Assembly (NCBI GenBank): GCA_964016885.1
Contig: OZ024742.1
Span: forward strand, 237,088,001-237,152,000
Source: Eledone cirrhosa
Taxonomy: Eukaryota
Reading direction: 5' to 3'
DNA length: 64,000 nucleotides
Below the pieces are notes generated by a model. It had not been told where the DNA came from and did no database searches. It saw nothing but the letters and a program-made list of their open reading frames with translations. Within the stretch, counting starts at the first letter, position 1, and every line of letters starts with the position of its first letter. A program made the position numbers and the translations under genes. Below are positions 11,440-25,980 of this stretch, piece after piece.

Positions 11440-12004
11440 ATAATAATAAAATTGAAGACTAAAATCCAGAGAGGGCTCGATAAGGAAAATATATATCAAA
11501 TATATAAGAACCGAAGAGCAAATATTTATTAAAATAACAGATTAAAGTTTAAGCAAAGAATCGCTGCTTTCACCTTTAACGGGATCTTCTGAAACTAACA
11601 AAGTCAATCTGTAAACGCAGAACTGGATATTTCAAAGAACATTGCAACCGGAGGAAGACAGGAAGACGATACTTTGGTTGATGGTGACGTTCGCTGGCAA
11701 AGAACGGGAAAAAACGAATAATACGTCATTAATAGGAGCGGTGAAAAACAATTACGTGCAAGGACAGAACCACGTTTATGGTATAAAAGAGGTCGTAGAC
11801 TAATGTTCTCTAAGTGGTGCATAGAGACGTTCTCTGGCAATGAACGAAAAAACGAAGATAATAAGTCATATGTGGAGCGTGGACTGTTATTTTAATAAAT
11901 ATATATATATATATAAAATTGAGATAAGCGGAGCAAGCAAGATTCAAACAATTTTTTAAAATAAATTAAAAAATATAGTTTAAATATTTACCTATTCCAT
12001 TTGC

Positions 12005-12082
12005 TTTTACCGACGGTTTCACCTTACAAAAGATTGGAGATCCCTAGGGACTTCCAATGGAAATGTTCGGATCATCAGAGAC
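12005..12082 (-). ncRNA. Hammerhead-like motif in a TA-flanked element (~11912-12362)
   Basis: CUGAUGA-long stem II (attgga..tccc/ggga..tccaat)-GAAA-ccg(t)cgg-UA; stem I poor. Confidence 0.55.
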
Positions 12083-14534
12083 CATTTTCCTTTCCTAGGA
12101 CAAAAGTCCCGGCAACGGCAAAATATATTGCCATCTGCCAGATAGCACAGGGTCGAATGGGGCCGTAAACTTGACCTATGCATGAACCAGCCCTTAGTAG
12201 AAGCGGAAGTAAACAGAGACGTATTGTCTATCTCGCCACTAAAAATAGCAGCTAAATAAAACAACAGATTTGTTCCTACATAACGGAGAATATTAAAAGA
12301 GGTTAATATCTCCACAGGTACTAAGTACCCCTGGAAATATATAGGGTGTCTATGATACAGTGGTTATATATATATACATATAATTTTGTATGTGCGTGTG
12401 TGTATAAATGTATGTGTGTATGTATGTTCATATGTATGCGTATATGAGTGCCCCTGTTTGAATGTATGTGTGTATATATGTGTATTTGTATATATGCATA
12501 TATATGTGCTCTTGTGTGCATAGATATAATATGTGAGTGTATGAGCATGTATGTTATTCTCTATATAGTCCAATGAAACGTAGATGATGCCCTTGCCAAT
12601 CTCATTAGTCGTTAGAAATCTCACACCACCATCTAATTAATTTCATAAAGACATATTATACGATATACATTAATGTTAGTTTTCTCAAAATGAACATAAA
12701 TGTATTTAATTTAAAGGTTCGTGTGTACTTTAACGAATACCAATGTCACTTCACTAACAGCAAATAAAATCTGTCCCTAACCCAGAGGCCCTTCAGCCAG
12801 AATCTTATTTCGATTTTATGGGCGTTAAGCGACTGGTAGTACGAGACTCCACTTCTCAGACGTGACATCAGTTAAGCATAGTTTAACCTACTAGTTTCTG
12901 CTGTTGCTGGCAATCGCATTAATTTTCACTGAGTTGACTGGACCAACGTGAAATGAAGTGTTTTACTCAAGAACACATTGTAGTCTCAGGTCCAGGAATC
13001 GAAGCTACAACATTATGATCCTGAACCCATCATTCTACACAATTGAAGATTCGATTTTATTCTAATGTTAAAGTTTTATTTTTACTACGTTGTTTGTGGG
13101 AGGGTGAAAGCCATTAGCTACAAATAGACTAAGCCTAAAGGATTTCTCCACCCAAAGAAGAAATGAGGTTGAACCAATATATTTTATTTTACTCCTCCAT
13201 GGCTCCTTTCAGGGCCTCTGAGATTGATGGGTGGGAAAGAAGGAAGTATACTCAAACCATAAGCTTGATGGAATGCTTGCGAAACAATGGATTCCGCTGA
13301 AATTCCTCAAGGACCAGGTGGGAGATTACATCACCGATCAAAGGTCCCTTGCCAGCTCATGGGTCGTTAGAAATCTCACACCGCTATCTAATTAAATAAG
13401 GCTTCATATACGACATATATTAATGTTAATTTCTTGAAAATGAATAATAATGCACTTAATCTAAAGGCTTGTTAACAACAAATAGAAAATCAGCTTCAAA
13501 TCGCTACCTTTGGTGGGGAGGGCAGTAACTAGTCTGTAAGAAAAAAGTGAGGTTGTAAAAGGAACGGGTGGTAAGATCAGTTCAAAGAAGTAATGTTGGT
13601 CTTTCTATTAATGATATCTGTCGGTCGCAACTCCTGGCAAAAGGAGGCGGGATTTGATCTAGGGTCGCACAGAGCTGGATTTGATTCTACCAATCCATCG
13701 TCCTTGGACTAGTACTTTAATAATTGATCCCAAAATGATGAAAGGCAAAGCTGGCCGCTTGATTTAATCTCAAAACGTAAAGAGTAGGAGCAAATGCTGA
13801 GGCATTTTGTTTCAATATTAACGATTCTGTCAATTTGCTGCTCTGCCAACCAATCAATTTTCTTTACTGTGCGTTCATGGAAAGAAGAGGATTGCTCATG
13901 ATGGTTTTCAGAGTCTCCTAATTTTCTGGGTGGCAGTGGTAAAGATATCTTCAGGCCAGAGGCCCGCTCCGAATATCTGCAACAGTGCGGTGTCCATTGA
14001 AGATACTGAAAGGCCGGTGATGTGCTAAATTGAGAGATGAATTAAGTCAAAAAGAAAATAGCTGCCAACCTGTTTGAATTAATTTCATATTTGATAAAAG
14101 AACACCGACAGTTGTTAAAGAATTTTTTTTTTTTAATGGCGAAGTGCCAGGAAGAATACGGATAGAGCACGTGTGTATTTACATGAGATAAAAATTGCAC
14201 AATCACGGAATTATAGCTAGTACGATATTGATTTCTATCAGTTTCGATGATGAGTGATCCTGTTATTACATCAAAGGAACAGCCTGCTATTGAAATTAAC
14301 GTCCAAGTGGCTGAGTATTCCACAAATACGTGACCCTCTGCCGTAAATTCAGGGAGATTCCGTTTGACACAGTATGTGAGAAGGCAGGCTCTTTGAATTA
14401 GCAGTACAGTCCATCTAACGGGTTTCCAAACAGTTTCTGGCTACATAATTTCACCTAGATCAACGTGAGGCTATCGTAAATGACAATTTTTTTCGAGAAA
14501 TCAACTCTAGAAATGGAAATTAAAGCTTTAAAGC

Positions 14535-14824
14535 AATCATGGGCAGCCTACGGCCCACGAAGCTTTCTGAATAACTCGCCTAAGTCACCTAAGTGAAATC
14601 TTTCTGATTTTTTTATCCCAACTTTTCAGTCGTAATTTATCTTTCTATCATTTTTATGATCGAGGAAAACAATGTGTACGAATTCTGAAGAAACAAATCA
14701 AAACAACCTGAGTTACCGCACTTATTTTTAATGTGGACACGAATGTAAATTAGCGCTTGCGGCCCGCCTGATGATGAGCCATATCTCATGCGGCCCGATT
14801 TTCGAAAAAGGTTGCCCATGCCTG
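14535..14824. mobile_element. hAT (Charlie-like) MITE
   Basis: Ends catgggcagcc..cggccc and gcggcccg..ggttgcccatgcctg. Confidence 0.6.
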
Positions 14825-15297
14825 ATTTAAAGCTTTGAAAAAAAAAAAAAAGAAATAATAATCCGATCACCCATGTTCAAAACCGCACTATTTTAAACCT
14901 CATATAATACGAAGCTTACTATAGTTACAGAGCCTTAGTGTTTCATCTTATTTTTATTCACTGGTGGTGAACAGTCCTGTCTTTGGAAGCCTCCGAAACT
15001 ATAATGATCCCCATAAGACAGTTAATGTGCTTGTCTTCCCTGCATTTTGTGTATGCCAAAAGTAAACGGAAACAACAATGCAAACAAAACAATACAATGA
15101 AGAAATATATAAGTTTAACACTTGATATAGTAGGATAACAGTCTGTACGTTTTGGACACTAGTCATTCATTAAAAGATGAAATATAAATATAGAGAGTAA
15201 GAATAGGAAGGTACGGAGAAAACGTTTTGAGAAAAAGCACGTGCGTCTTAAGCCATTTTAGAAAGAGAAAGAGGAGAGAGAGAGAGGGAGAGAGAGG

Positions 15298-15361
<64 letters not shown>

Positions 15362-15730
15362 AAGCATAATTCACGTTATTGAGCCCTCTCCTGAAATCTC
15401 CCAACAGTCATAACAACATAACGATAACACAAACAAAAAAGAAAAACTATTTGCTGATATCGCTTGAGAAATAATCATCTATAAAGTATTTTCAGCTGTA
15501 GTGTAAACATATTTGGAAACTAGATGGTGATATTTTCTGGAACTTTCCAAGTGAAAAGCTTAATTGTTTATAGACGCAATGTATGTGACAAGAATTGTCT
15601 TCTATTTCCGCAGACAGTTTGAATATACCTATATCATCTTCAGCTAAATTAGAGAGAATTTATTGAGAAACTGCAGACCAGAATAATTTAAAATCTATTT
15701 TAAACTTTGCTCACACCACTTATTCAATTT

Positions 15731-15829
<99 letters not shown>

Positions 15830-17289
15830 AAATGTATATAGACATATATGTATGCATGCAAACATACATTATATGTGTATATATTTATGTATACATACAT
15901 ATTTATTCAAAATCTCCGATCTTCATATATCTCTACTCGGGAATCGCCACCCGGCTAGTTATATATTCAGTAGAAAGGTGTATTTATGTCTGTAGAATTG
16001 ATTTCTTGTATAGATCTGAATATCTGTGTGAGAAATAAATATATTTTATGACTGCAATTCTTGCATTAACTATGTCAGTGATAAGATAGAAGGGATGGAG
16101 TAGAGACCAGAATTAAAATCTGATCATATTCTCAATAGAACGTCATAATATTATCCTTAACCATATCATAGCCATATTTCTAATGAAGGCCTCTGGCTAG
16201 GATTTTTAACATAAATTTTGAAAATAACGAAGAAACTGGACGGATTTAGTAATATAACAACTTTTTCATTATTAAGCTGATGTTTGAAATATAATATTTC
16301 GTATATAAAATCATGGTGGAAGATTTTTAGACAAATACGAGTATATTAACCCTTTCATTATAATATTTCTAATGAAAGACACTATGATTTTCGAATTGGA
16401 CAAATTTTATTGTAAAACTGACTTCCTCGTTATTAAGCTGGTGTTTCGAACAGAACGTTTCTTATATAAAATCATGATGGAAGGTTTTTAGATGAATATA
16501 AACACTTTAAAAGAAACATTCGGTTAACTTCCTCAATATTAATTTGAACTTATGATAAATATATACACTTTAGATTTGATTATTTTATTGAATCAGCATG
16601 ATGAAAGATGAAACTCGGATATGAAATAGAAACACAAATTGAAACTAAGATAAATAATGTGTATTTAGTCGGCCTTTTACTATCATAGTCATTCATATCA
16701 TCTACACCTTCGTTGTTTTCATTTATTATTTTACTGGTTTCATAAAGATGTGTGGGAATAAAATAAAATGAAATGTAGGAAAATGTAACACAAGCTATTT
16801 TTTTTTTTTTTTTTTTTTTCGAAAAACGTGATTTTTCTCGTTCCTAAAATTTGACAAAATTACCTTATATGGATTATTTTTATAATCCATAATTTTTCCC
16901 ATTCCAAAGTGTGATAGATTGTTAGAATTGTTAGAGTGGCGGGGTCGACAATATATGGTATCAGTCATGTGCTATAGTTGATTTAATCAACTTTGCCTTT
17001 CTCCTAAATTTGCTGGCCTTGTGCCAAAACTAGAAATCAATAATTTTTTTCCAGTATCTATTACAGTGCTTGAGGTTATAGGATATTCATAGTTTATCGG
17101 TCTTGGATTATAAATTAATTCCAGAAAAATTGATGGTCGTACAGAGATATAAAATATGCTGATAAAAGTATAAGATTTGTCCGAGATGTGGGTGGGGCGA
17201 GGAGACCATCCTATACACATTCATCTAGAGTCCAAGAATTGTGGTTTTATGTCGAACATCTACTGTCGCGTATAGGACGGATCCGGCTA

Positions 17290-18236
17290 TCAGCTGAGGT
17301 CCATCATGAATATTGCCCCGCCGCCCCCTTTTAACCAGGAATGGCGGGCAGTTTTTATTCGCCTGGTGGCCATGGTGAAAGAGGTCGTATGGCAGCGGGG
17401 TCGGGAACAGGGGTGGGATCCAGGAGAGGTGTTCGGGGATTTAAGGGATTAAGGGTGCTACGGACGAGGATGTTCCGAAGGTTACGAGCGCGCTTGAATG
17501 AAGGGAGGGGATGAGATGGGAAAATGGGTGGGATGGAGGGATAAGACTGTAGTCAGCGGAAAAGACGGAGAATCGTCTTCTGGAGGGGCAAGGTAGAAGG
17601 ATGGTAGGTAAGGGGAAGGACAGTGGATTGGTAGGAGGCGGTGGCAGGGAGTAAGTGCAGTGGTGTGATCAACGCAACGAGCACGGGTGAAGGCGGCTTG
17701 GATCGGAGTAGAGGGGTAGCCACCTCTAGTGAAACGTCTGACCATGTAATGAGACTGAACTTCAAAATCATGGGTTCGACAACACAGGCAGCGTAGACGG
17801 AGGAATTGGGAATAGCGGATGGAGTGTTTTGTGCTGATGGGATGTGAGGAGGAGATGTCGAGGTAGGCGTAGGAATCCGAGGGCTTGAATTAGGCGGAGG
17901 TGCCGAGGGAGCAATTGGAGGGTACCTTTTAAATCATACATATTTAAACTTACACTTACACTCACACATATAACGATACTAACACACACACACACACACA
18001 CTCCAACTCGTTACCAAGACTACATAACGGCTTCTTTTTGTTTTCCCTTTTCATTTTCGTTTTTTTTTTGTTTGTGTCTTTTCTGGACATTCTCTCTGTT
18101 TCTCCATTGTGATCCTATCTCTATATGTACAACTGAAAAAGGGCTGAAGCCCGACCCTTCGAACTTTCTTTCCTCTTTCCAATATAAAGCGTGAAGCTAA
18201 TAAGACTTTTTGTACCTCTATTTGTTGTCTCCTTGA
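17290..18236. mobile_element. Neptune-like PLE RT-thumb fragment (minus) joined to a plus-strand 3' UTR
   Basis: Minus: FTRGGYP..IQAAFTRAR, VLPLTYHP. 17920-18235 matches 10350-10655 and ends at (TA)n. Confidence 0.65.
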
Positions 18237-18295
<59 letters not shown>

Positions 18296-18323
18296 ATACA
18301 TATATATACACACACATATATAT

Positions 18324-18416
<93 letters not shown>

Positions 18417-18419
18417 TAT

Positions 18420-19144
18420 ATATAAAGACGAAGTTTTCTGTATGTGTGTGTGTATGTGTGGACAATTTTTAATGAGGGCTCATATATTCTAAACCATTCA
18501 TGCGATTTCTTTGAAATTTTTTACAGAGCTTCTCCTTGCACAAAACCTGTACATGATCTACAAAGGCTTTCAAAAATCGATATTGGGGCCTTTGGAGACA
18601 TTAAAAAAGTTTCGGTTATTTGTGTCAATTTTAGTGATTAAGTAAGACAAGAGTTATCTTTCGTAATTCGGCTCATTCGGATTTTAATTTACTCTTTGTA
18701 CTTGAAACAAAAGGTACGCTTCCTTGAGACTAACAATATCATTTTGTATATTTCACAACCAGCAATTTCTAACAGATTACTAAGTTAAGTTATAGATTTG
18801 ACATTGTATAATTTATCGTTTCAAGCTTGATGTTCACACATTAAGTGATGTCATAACTTTTACAATATTATGCTTTGTACATAATAGTGTCTATTATTCA
18901 CTTCACTTCTCTATTTCATGATGTGCTTTTACTGTTGTCAAAAAAAATTATAGCTAGACTGGATTTCTGTTGTCACATGGTATAACGGATGACACCGAGC
19001 TCACATATTAATTATTTCGCTGGAATAGTGCCTAAGGTTTTCATGTTTACGTTTTTCTTCTATGTATTCAAATTTACTCTGTTTAGTTTAATAAGCTACA
19101 TCGAAAGTTACTTGAACCGTCCAAAGGACGGGTAGTTTAGCTAG
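18420..19144 (+). mobile_element. Non-autonomous Helitron-like element
   Basis: 3' hairpin ccgtcc-aaa-ggacgg followed by ..CTAG|T; 5' tatatataaag..tgtgtgtg. Confidence 0.6.
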
Positions 19145-19775
19145 TATATATATAGCTAGTATATATATATATATAGCTAGTATATATATATATATATATA
19201 GTTTAGCCTACCACAATATTCGATTTGTCAAGCTATTTAAACGTATGTTATAACTCTGAGACCTATCTTATCGAGTGCTTTGCTAACTCATCACTTCATA
19301 TAAGTAGGCCGAATTTACTTGCAAACCGCCAGAGATTCGATTTTACTGATTCCCAATTATATATATATATATGCCTGTGTGTGTGTGTGTTTGTATCTAT
19401 CTTTCTTGGTGTCACCACTCTCTATAATCTATCATTACACTATCCTTGAAACAAAACAGAACTGTATTAAATAGCTAATCTGTTGGGATATTTTTCTAAA
19501 TATTTATTTACATGGAATAAAATCTGTTTTGCTTTACGCATGAAAATACACGAAATTTGTCATGTCATTTGGAGTTAGTAATGTCAAAATGACCTATATG
19601 AGGTCAAACTTGTCATTGTCACATAAAACAAGCGTTACCCGTACGTATATACATAAACATACACAGACTCTCTCGTTCTCTCTCTCTATCTCTCTCTCTC
19701 TCTCTCCCTCTCTCTCACACACACACACTCACAGACACACACACACACACATATATACATATGTATACACACACG

Positions 19776-19808
<33 letters not shown>

Positions 19809-20261
19809 GTATATACCCCCCTTTTTTTGTTTTCTTTAATTTTTTCTTTCTAATTTATCGTTATTATATTTTTATAAATATATCGAGACTGACCCTTTTC
19901 TTTTAATTATTACACTCCCTTACCTCCTTTTCTTCCGCACCTAAGGGTACGAGTGTCCAGACGTTTTATGCGCGTGCCTTCATATTCGTATATTTACGAT
20001 GTAACCATTTCTGTTTGTATAATACAGACATATAGATACATTTGCCCTATTTTAGAATTACGCACACTTACTCACTATACATGTACATGTACACATATAC
20101 ATATATGCACATCTGGGAGCGTATATACATACATATACACACACCTAACTATATTTCTTGATAGATTTTTATATATTTCAATTTCTATTTCATTTATCTA
20201 TATCTTTTTTTGATTTTCTTGATGTGTTTTTCTAAGTATTTGCCCATGTTTTATATTGCCT

Positions 20262-20335
20262 CGTCTGACGAACGAATGAAGTCGTTTATTTCGTATTCGC
20301 CTCATTCGGGAAACCTCTGGTAATGAGGTAATTAT
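20262..20335 (+). ncRNA. Hammerhead-like motif in a PLE-like 3' end (~19815-20435)
   Basis: CUGACGA-cgaatga...tcattcg-GAAA-cctc(tggtaat)gagg-UA; stem I not evident. Confidence 0.55.
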
Positions 20336-20432
20336 ATTGTATTGATTTTTATACATTAAATTTTGCTCTGATACTTACATAGAGCACTCTTCATTTCTAT
20401 GACCTTTTCTGTTTCCAACGGAAATTTCAATA

Positions 20433-20503
<71 letters not shown>

Positions 20504-21264
20504 ATACGGATAACTGCCTGATCCCATCTCTAAACACACATCAAGTCGCCCAATCGGTACAGAATTGTAGCTTCGCAATAAGAAAGCTGTCAATATTCTC
20601 GATTATGTATTATATCTGTGTTATGTGTGTGTGTGTATGTGTGTGTGTGTGTGCTATTCGTTTACACATTTACATATAGTAATGTGGAAACTAACGTATA
20701 TATCTACGTATATATCTATCTATGTAAGCATATAAGTACATACATATGTATGTATTATGTATGTATGCATGTATGGGTGGATGGATGGATGGATGGATGG
20801 ATGGATGGATGGATGTACGTACATATATATAATATATTTATACAGGCAGATGAGAAGAAATAGAATTAATTAATGATGATACACAAGGGAATGTGAACAG
20901 ATGTTCCAGAAAATTCTATTTCTCTTCAGGAATACGGAGTTGTTATTTTGGAAGGAAAACTGCTACAAGAATTCCTTACAACATTCTATATTCTATAAGG
21001 CTATGCCCTTAATCAATATATTTTACTAACAAGACGGCTCTACAGAGCATATTCATCCTTGCTTGGCGGCTTTAATATACTTTTTCTAAAAGAGATACAT
21101 ATAAACTGATGGCAAAAAAGTAACTGATAGTTACACCAGAAAAAAACGAAAACATTTTTAGCATGAGCAATTTCCCTGTTTCCTCAAACGGATGTTAAGA
21201 TGTCAATATATATGCATGTATGTATACACATTGTCAGAATAATCGTTTGATCGCCTTGTTATAA

Positions 21265-21337
<73 letters not shown>

Positions 21338-21338
<1 letters not shown>

Positions 21339-21520
21339 CGAAGGAAATGTGGTAAGGAACCAGATGGACCATAACGCACCAAAGTACTCAATACTTAGGG
21401 TAGTAGAGTGGGTAATAGGAACAAGTATGACCCCGACGGCAGAGCTCAAGCTGTTTCGACGGCTAAGAGTCCAGAATTAGCCCTCGAAAGGCTTGAGCTC
21501 TGCCGTCGGGGTCATACTTG

Positions 21521-21523
<3 letters not shown>
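21338..21523 (-). mobile_element. PLE family B hairpin in (TA)n
   Basis: Homologous to 10762-10957 with the same architecture. Confidence 0.75.
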
Positions 21524-21555
<32 letters not shown>

Positions 21556-21689
21556 ACAGGGAGAAAGAGACGATTATGAGGAAGAAAAATATTTTTTTTT
21601 TCCTTTTTTTTGTGTCTCTCTCTTTTTTCTGGGTTAGAAAATGATTAAAACGAAATGTTTTACTTTGTGTGAAGTGTATAATGAAGAAA

Positions 21690-22160
21690 TATTTTATTAG
21701 TTTTACGCCTGATATACTAGGAAAGGTCATTCATTGCCTTATAGGCTAGTGCTCTTCTGGGAAGTATGTCTTCCTCGCCAGTGAGATTACAGCTGACGAC
21801 CTTTGAGCCTTAAGTAGATAAAGCTAACGGTTCTTCTGGGTTTAGCATTATTCTGCAAATATTCCATTATCGATATTAATGTTTAAACACATGTCCTTAG
21901 TTTTTGCGACGTTTAGTTCCAGGCCAACAGTGTGTGCTTCGTATATTATGTGATTTAAATGCTCTTGTGTTTTCTGTATTGAAGGCGCAATTAAAACAAT
22001 GTCATCTGTGCATGCCAGGTTTGATCAATTGATACCAGATGTAAGCTTAGTGCCGTCTTCGGGATGGGCTGCTGGGTTTATAATGTGGTCGATAACCATG
22101 ACAAATATATACGGTGCTAAAGAATCTCTTTGTAATATGCCTTTGGTTATATTAAATTCG
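21690..22160 (-). mobile_element. RTE-like LINE RT fragment
   Basis: GILQRDSLAPYIFVMVIDHII...CTDDIVL...VGLELNVAKTK. Confidence 0.7.
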
Positions 22161-22699
22161 GGGGGCTGTTACTGTATCTGCCAGTGTTTCTTTATGGCTA
22201 CGAAACATGGATCGTGCACACGCTAAAACAAAAACGAGCAGTGAACAAATTTCACACAAATTGACTGCGCATCATCTATGGCATAACATACCAAGATCGC
22301 ATAATAAATGCAGAAATTTTCACACGCACAGAGCAGTCACATCTCTATGCTCAGGTTCGAAACTGGTGATTGACATAGATTGGTCATCAAATCCGGCATC
22401 CAATTAGTAACTTCCATGCTGAGTGTCTTCTGATACATCAACTACCAGGAGGTTACCGCAAGAGACAAAGACTGAAGATCACATTCCATAGAATGGTCAC
22501 AAAAGAACTGAATGCAAAGGTCACTGCTATTCGGCAAAATGCCAATGATAAAAAAAAACTTGGGCAGCTTTTATTTTATATCCCTCATGACATTATGACA
22601 TTATTTTAATATGGTTTATGTATGTGCACATATTTCTGTGTTATATTATTTCATTTGAAATAAAAATAGTGATTGATTGATTGATTGATAGTAACAAAA

Positions 22700-24660
22700 A
22701 GAACTAGAAAGATTGTGGAGACAGGCAGAGAGGTAAAAATTTAGAGAAAAATAACAAGTCCATACATGTTGCCATCTCTTGGAAAACTGTTGATGCTGGC
22801 GTTTTGTTATACTTTTTTGAAAAGTTGATGATGGAGCGCGTCTATCTGAAAGGGGAAAAACCGTTTTGTATATAGAGCTCTACGTGTGCGTGTGCGTACG
22901 TGCGCGCGTGTGTTATTATACGTCTGTACGAAGCTAAGAGGATATGTGTGTGTGTTGTTGCTTGTAAGTACGAAGCTGTGAGCAAAATAATGTGTATATA
23001 AGGGTGTGTGTGTGTGTACAGAGCTGTGAGGGTAAATGTAGAGGTGTGTGTGCGTTTTTTGTTGGTCCGTGTAAGCTGTAAGAGTGTATGTTTCTGACTA
23101 TAACAGAGGCATAGGAACCTAGAGGGGTGAAACTACGCGTGCGTGTGTGACAACGGACGGGGTAAACGTGAGGGTGGTAAGGGGTAGCAAAGTAGGCATG
23201 AGCGTGTATGTGTAAGATTAAAGAAATTGGGGAGGGGAGTTGAGACTATTAGGAGAACTGGACTCTAGGCAGAATATCAGATTCTGTTCAGTCATGGTGC
23301 GCCAGGCCTGTGATCCGTGATGTAAAAAGACACCAAGGACTGATACATGTAGGGAAGAATGACCTGGGGAACGGAAATGACGAGCGATGGAAATATCCAT
23401 ACCGAGTCGTATGTCCATCAAATGTTCAGCAAAACGGTGCGCCAAACGGCGTTCTGTTTGTCCGATTTATAATGATCTACAAAGGGAACACTGGGTGGCA
23501 TAGACTATGTGGATCGAGGTGCAGGTGAAGGAGTGGCGGATACTGAATGAACCATTAGTGTCTGTGAGAGTGATGAGATTAGAAATGAAGGGAAGGGTGT
23601 TACAGCGGGGACGAGAACAGAGATGAGAACCAGGAGGAGTCTTAGGAGAGGAAGGGAAAGAACTACGTATCTGGAGGTCGCAGAGATTACGGGAGCGCTT
23701 AAACGCGGTTATGGATGGGTTTGGAAAAAAGCGAGAAGTGACGGGGTCAGAAGTGAAAGTGCGGAAGCAAAGGAGGACATGTAGCCAGAGAGGTAGGGTA
23801 ATAGGGTGGTAGGTGAGAAGGAAAGGAAGGCGGGTGTTGGAAGGGTGGTTGTAGGGTGAGAGGGCTGCGATACGGTCAATTTCACGGGTGCTGGTGAGGG
23901 TAGGCTGAATCAGGGTGGGGGGTACCCACGCTGGGTGAAGTGGGAAGCTATGTAAAGGGACTGGGTCTCGAAATCGTGGTCCTAGCTACAGTGCCAACAG
24001 AGACGAAGCAATTGGGGGTAGGGTATGGAGAGTTTGGTATGGGTGGGATGGGAGGAGGTGAAGTCCAGGTAGAAGTGGGAATGTGTGTGCTTATAAAAGA
24101 TGGACGTAGAGAGTGTATGTTGAGTGTGATCAATAGACAGAGAGATATCAAGAAATTAGACTGAAGAGTTGGAGACAGGGGTGGTGAAGGTGAGGGTAAG
24201 ATGGAAAGACTGGACAAAAGAAAGGAGTCGAGCTGTTCACAGGAGAGAGAGGTGGTGCCGGTGCAATTATCGATGTAACGACTGTATAGCTCAGGGTCGG
24301 ACTAGTGTACTGGGTGAAGGTTATGGCGTCAACGTAACCAACAAAGAAGTTGGTGTAGTTAGGGCCCATTCTTGTACCTATGACTACCCCAGAGACCTGT
24401 TGATAAAACTATACGAAAAAGGAGAAACGATTAAGAGAGAGAATGAGCTCATCAAAGCGGAGAAGGGTAGGGGTGAAGCGTAAAAAAATGTCGGAGAGCG
24501 TGGAGGCCGTCTTGGTGGGAGATGACGGTGTAGAGAGAGTTAATGTCCATGATAAAGAGGAGACGAAGAAGGGGTTAAATAGTCGAAGAGCATGATTGGT
24601 TTCGTGAATGTGGGAGAGGATGTCGATAACTAGTGGTGCGAGGTAGGTGTCACTATTGTT
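22700..24660 (-). mobile_element. Neptune-like PLE, degenerate RT + Zn linker + GIY-YIG
   Basis: MGPNYTNFFVGYV, RYID, FLDI, CSRPRCNTLPFI linker, AHRFAEHL.DIRLG..IARHF...EQNLIF; many frameshifts. Confidence 0.8.
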
Positions 24661-24789
24661 GATATCTATTGTTGATCACTATTGTTGATATCTAGTCTAA
24701 GATAAGAGTGTTTGTACTTATTTCTCGAATGTGGGTTTCTCTTTTTACGGTGGTGTGCAGTGTATATCTCTCTCAGACTTTTATTCATG

Positions 24790-25980
24790 TATACTATGCC
24801 TATCTCTGTGACCGGCCTTCCGTAATGCTTCGTTGAAATACACAACGTGTTTTTCGAAGATATCTAGAGAAGATGATAGACGGAAAATTCTAAGTGATAT
24901 ACTACTAACTATGGAGTTAATTATAGATTGAGGATGGTTTGATTGATAGTTAATATAATAGTTAATATATCACTGGTTTTCTTTATTCCTATGATAGGGT
25001 TCGACTATATCTGAGTTAAGGTTGGGAGTCGCGTCTAGGAAATTAGCTTTCTTAAAGTTATGCTCAAATGTTATCTTTAGGCCTATTCCTTTGATGAAGA
25101 CCTAATTTTCTTGCGTGTTCTTTCTAGATTTTGCATGTTGGTGTCTTTAATTAGAAGAGCATGTGAGGTTACCATATTCCCCATGGAGATTGTGGGCTAT
25201 GTATATACCGACTATATCCGTTACTTGCGTGAAGTCACTGCAGCCCATGATTATATCGAAGCCATCTATCCTATCCTTACTTAACCTCGAATTCAATAAC
25301 TGATCGTCTAGCTGTTAATAATATGTTAATAATATGTTAATCTCATCCATAGTTAAGTCCGAGCGTTTTTTAGCAAATGCGAGAGCCTTATTTCGGAGAA
25401 CAGGGGTTATGGACGAGTAATATTCATTAATGTCAAATTGTATGAACTTATACGTCTCTTTGTTTTCTATTTAACTGAACCACTCGATAACTTCGCCCGT
25501 GTTGCACCATAGCTTAATTACTAGTCTATTTTTCATTTGACTTATGATTCTATCTAGAATATTTTTGCTCAGTCGGCCTACGTCGTATTTTGATGGGCAG
25601 ATTAATCTGATGGATGGGTTACAGTCAACCTTACTTTTGTGGTCCTTGAGGTTAAATCTGGGACATCTTGGGGTAAAAGGTTTCTTCCTATCACCTAGTC
25701 CTAGTTCATTCATAATATTCAGTACTTTGATATCCTTAATTATATTTCTATTTGTCTTCTTACATTTCTTATGTAGTTCCTTTCTTATGAATTCCTTATA
25801 GGTGGTAACATCTATAGAGTATGTGTTTCCCATCTTATCCGCTTTGATCAGTATCCCGACAGTATTCCATAGTTCCTTCATTAGTGCCTGTAGGTCTTCT
25901 GGAATTTATTCGGATATGTAGATTTCTTAAATTTAATCTCGTTTATAATACCTAATAAGTCGGATTCGAACTCCTCCAAA
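24790..25980 (-). mobile_element. Hydra-like PLE RT fragment, degenerate
   Basis: IKADKMGNTY..FNLKDHK..PSIRLICPSK..LWCNT.EVIEWF aligns with the N-terminal part of the 40986-43106 ORF. Confidence 0.85.

Noticed and set aside
15595-15670. Possible exon after ttctatttccgcag
   Set aside because: Stop after ~17 codons and no recognisable product.
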